NCBI GenBank assembly: GCA_017601345.1
Contig: JAFNIT010000003.1
Span: 4,994-68,993, forward strand
Reading direction: 5' to 3'
DNA: 64,000 nt
DNA from: Candidatus Brockarchaeota archaeon
GTDB taxonomy: Archaea; Thermoproteota; EX4484-205; JAAOZP01
Position 1 is the first letter of the stretch. Each line of letters begins with the position of its first letter. Shown one piece after another: positions 62,397-64,000 of the stretch. The translations under genes were made by a program, and so were the position numbers. Under the pieces are notes generated by a model. It had not been told where the DNA came from. It was given only the letters and a program-made list of their open reading frames with translations, and did not search any database.

Positions 62397-63676
62397 GGCC
62401 TTTCACCAAATATCTTCTTTGATGCCTCGAATACTTTTTCACGGTGCTCTGGAAAAGTATACACTCTTGCGAGACCTATAAAACCTCTGAGCGACTGAAT
62501 TATAGGCGAGGTTTCGAAGAGTTGTTTAAGCTTCTTCTCACCATCCTCCCTTCCGACTATTTTTATTTCGAAACCACCGTGCCTACCCCCGCTGTAATCA
62601 GGATGGTAAGGTAAGGAGGGGACGGAGGGAAGGTCGAGGAACACCATTCTCGGAGTGAGGCCAGCTTCTTCAGCAATCTCATTCTCCAAGCTCCCACGCA
62701 GCAAGGGCCGGGATATTAAGGAATGGTAGAGAGGATCATCGTGATGAATCATTATTTCGAATACTGATTTCAAAAGAGACCGTTTTAAATAACCCGAGAT
62801 AAGCCTCTTCGCAAGCTTAGCCTCTTCACAATCCTCTTCTACCGAGAGAATCCTTTCTACAACAGAGTAGTCGTCTAGAGAAACATATTCTTCAGGAGTC
62901 TTAAACTCTGTTAAACCTATCATATCATCTACTAGGAGCATCGCCCTAGAAAGCATTATGACTGCAGCCCTAACAGTCCTATGGAAGTAGACTGCCTTAA
63001 ACATCATGTACCTAGCGATGAAAAGCGATTCCAACGCGTAGAGAGCTGCCTCATCAATGGCAAGAGAATCGTCCCAGAGAACCATGGAGTCTATAATTCT
63101 CTCCGCGTCTATTAAACCGTATTCGACGCCTGTAAAGAAGGAATCTCTTATAAGATAGTCAAGAATATCCGCGTCAAAGTGGCTAGATATTATCTGATTA
63201 ATCCATTTCTCCCTCACACCACATTTACCCGTGGAAAGGCCAATAACCTCATCCGTGCTAAAGCCCTCCCTAGAAATAATGTCGCTAAGTTCCGTTCCTT
63301 TTATCAGCATTTTTGCAACATCTTCGTGAGTAATCCCTTTCCTCTCGCTGAGTACTTCTTCGAAGGTATGGGAGAAGGGGCCATGGCCGATGTCATGCAG
63401 CATTCCCGCAAGCCTCGCTAATTGAAGATCATCCTTATTCACCTTGTTAGGATAATAATTTGCCATGTGGGAAAACATTTTTCCAGCTGTGAACATTACT
63501 CCAAGCGAGTGTAGGAAACGAGTATGCACTGCACCGGGATATGTTAAATGGGCACCAGCAAGCTGCTTTATCCGCCTAAGCCTCTGAAAAACCGCGGTAT
63601 CAATTATGCTTCTCTCAACACCCGTTATGTGAATATACTTGTGAATCGGATCCCTTATCTCGCCTACATACTCCAA
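62372..63676 (-). CDS. HD-domain phosphohydrolase (SAMHD1/dNTP triphosphohydrolase-like)
   Basis: 434 aa. IRDPIHKYIHIT..ERSIIDTAVFQRLRRIKQLAGAHLTYPGAVHTRFLHSLGV...MLHDIGHGPFSH. Confidence 0.8.
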   Translation of the reverse strand: MEYVGEIRDPIHKYIHITGVERSIIDTAVFQRLRRIKQLAGAHLTYPGAVHTRFLHSLGVMFTAGKMFSHMANYYPNKVNKDDLQLARLAGMLHDIGHGPFSHTFEEVLSERKGITHEDVAKMLIKGTELSDIISREGFSTDEVIGLSTGKCGVREKWINQIISSHFDADILDYLIRDSFFTGVEYGLIDAERIIDSMVLWDDSLAIDEAALYALESLFIARYMMFKAVYFHRTVRAAVIMLSRAMLLVDDMIGLTEFKTPEEYVSLDDYSVVERILSVEEDCEEAKLAKRLISGYLKRSLLKSVFEIMIHHDDPLYHSLISRPLLRGSLENEIAEEAGLTPRMVFLDLPSVPSLPYHPDYSGGRHGGFEIKIVGREDGEKKLKQLFETSPIIQSLRGFIGLARVYTFPEHREKVFEASKKIFGERPYSFKVSL

Positions 63677-63721
63677 AACTTAGACATGCTTTAATAGGAG
63701 CATCTAATAAGCTTTAGGACA

Positions 63722-64000
63722 ATGGAAAACGTGAAGCGGGGATTTCACATAAGCTTTGAAGGAATAGATGGCTCTGGAAAAACCACTGTCTCGACGAATC
63801 TATATCTAAGGTTTAAAGAGAAAGGCTATCTCTGCTTCTACACTATTGAGCCTACTTTCATGAGAGTCGGTTCATTAATAAGGCTTCACGCATCGAGGAT
63901 AAGAAACGTGCCGCAATACTATATGGCTCTACTCTTCGCTGCCGACAGAGTTGAGCATTACGAAAGAGTAATTAGGAAGAAACTTGAAAAAGGGTATCAC
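63722..64000 (+). CDS. tmk: thymidylate (dTMP) kinase, N-terminal part (runs off the window end)
   Basis: MENVKRGFHISFEGIDGSGKTTVSTNLYLRFKEKGY... P-loop, then ALLFAADRVEHY. The gene is truncated by the window edge. Confidence 0.85.
   Translation, partial: MENVKRGFHISFEGIDGSGKTTVSTNLYLRFKEKGYLCFYTIEPTFMRVGSLIRLHASRIRNVPQYYMALLFAADRVEHYERVIRKKLEKGYH

Noticed and set aside
1-64000. Whole-window scan for CRISPR arrays, rRNA genes, transposases/IS elements, integrases and viral genes
   Set aside because: I found none by eye. There are no regularly spaced direct repeats and no recognisable transposase or integrase motifs. The only repeats seen are the short palindrome at 9664-9685 and the coding PT repeat.

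Overview
This window is a chromosomal segment of a hyperthermophile-type archaeon, crenarchaeal/Thermoproteota in style. It is gene dense, moderate in GC and made up mostly of housekeeping genes. The lineage call is an inference from gene content and from tRNA genes with several introns at non-canonical positions, a pattern known from Thermoproteales/Thermofilaceae.

Content I can support:
- Translation and ribosome biogenesis: aIF2-beta, aIF1A, aIF2-alpha, Rio1, a KH protein, aRF1, Pelota, NAC, uL16, eL42, eS27, and Nop10 (missing from the ORF track).
- Replication and transcription: Top6B and Top6A (not linked to each other), PCNA, PriL, PriS, a Gins51-like protein, a type IA topoisomerase, RpoL, TFS, TFE, MBF1 and Csl4.
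- Metabolism: enolase, ThiL, GlmS, PyrH, Tmk and SufC with a SufB/D protein.
- N-glycosylation: an AglH-like GT4, a DUF354 protein, a nucleotide-sugar dehydrogenase, an acetyltransferase and AglB.
- Lipid/isoprenoid cluster: CarS, a UbiD-like decarboxylase and the two aconitase-X subunits, which I read as the archaeal mevalonate pathway.
- RNA genes: an SRP RNA and 10 tRNA genes. Five tRNAs carry about 9 introns by my hand folding: Asn 3, Gln 2, Trp 2, Leu 1, Asp 1.

The best candidate for an uncharacterised system is a tightly overlapping four-gene operon on the minus strand (6444-9655). It encodes two paralogous small winged-helix proteins, a NurA-like nuclease and a HerA/DUF87-like ATPase. 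It sits behind a TATA box with a palindromic operator and has no Mre11/Rad50 nearby.

Several reading frames look broken or lack a start: the ATPase N-terminus, a zinc phospholipase-C-like exported protein and a retropepsin-like protein. These are either real pseudogenes or 1-nt assembly errors.

I saw no CRISPR array, rRNA, transposase or integrase. All RNA coordinates and folds were done by eye and are approximate. Protein calls rest on recognised motifs, not on searches.
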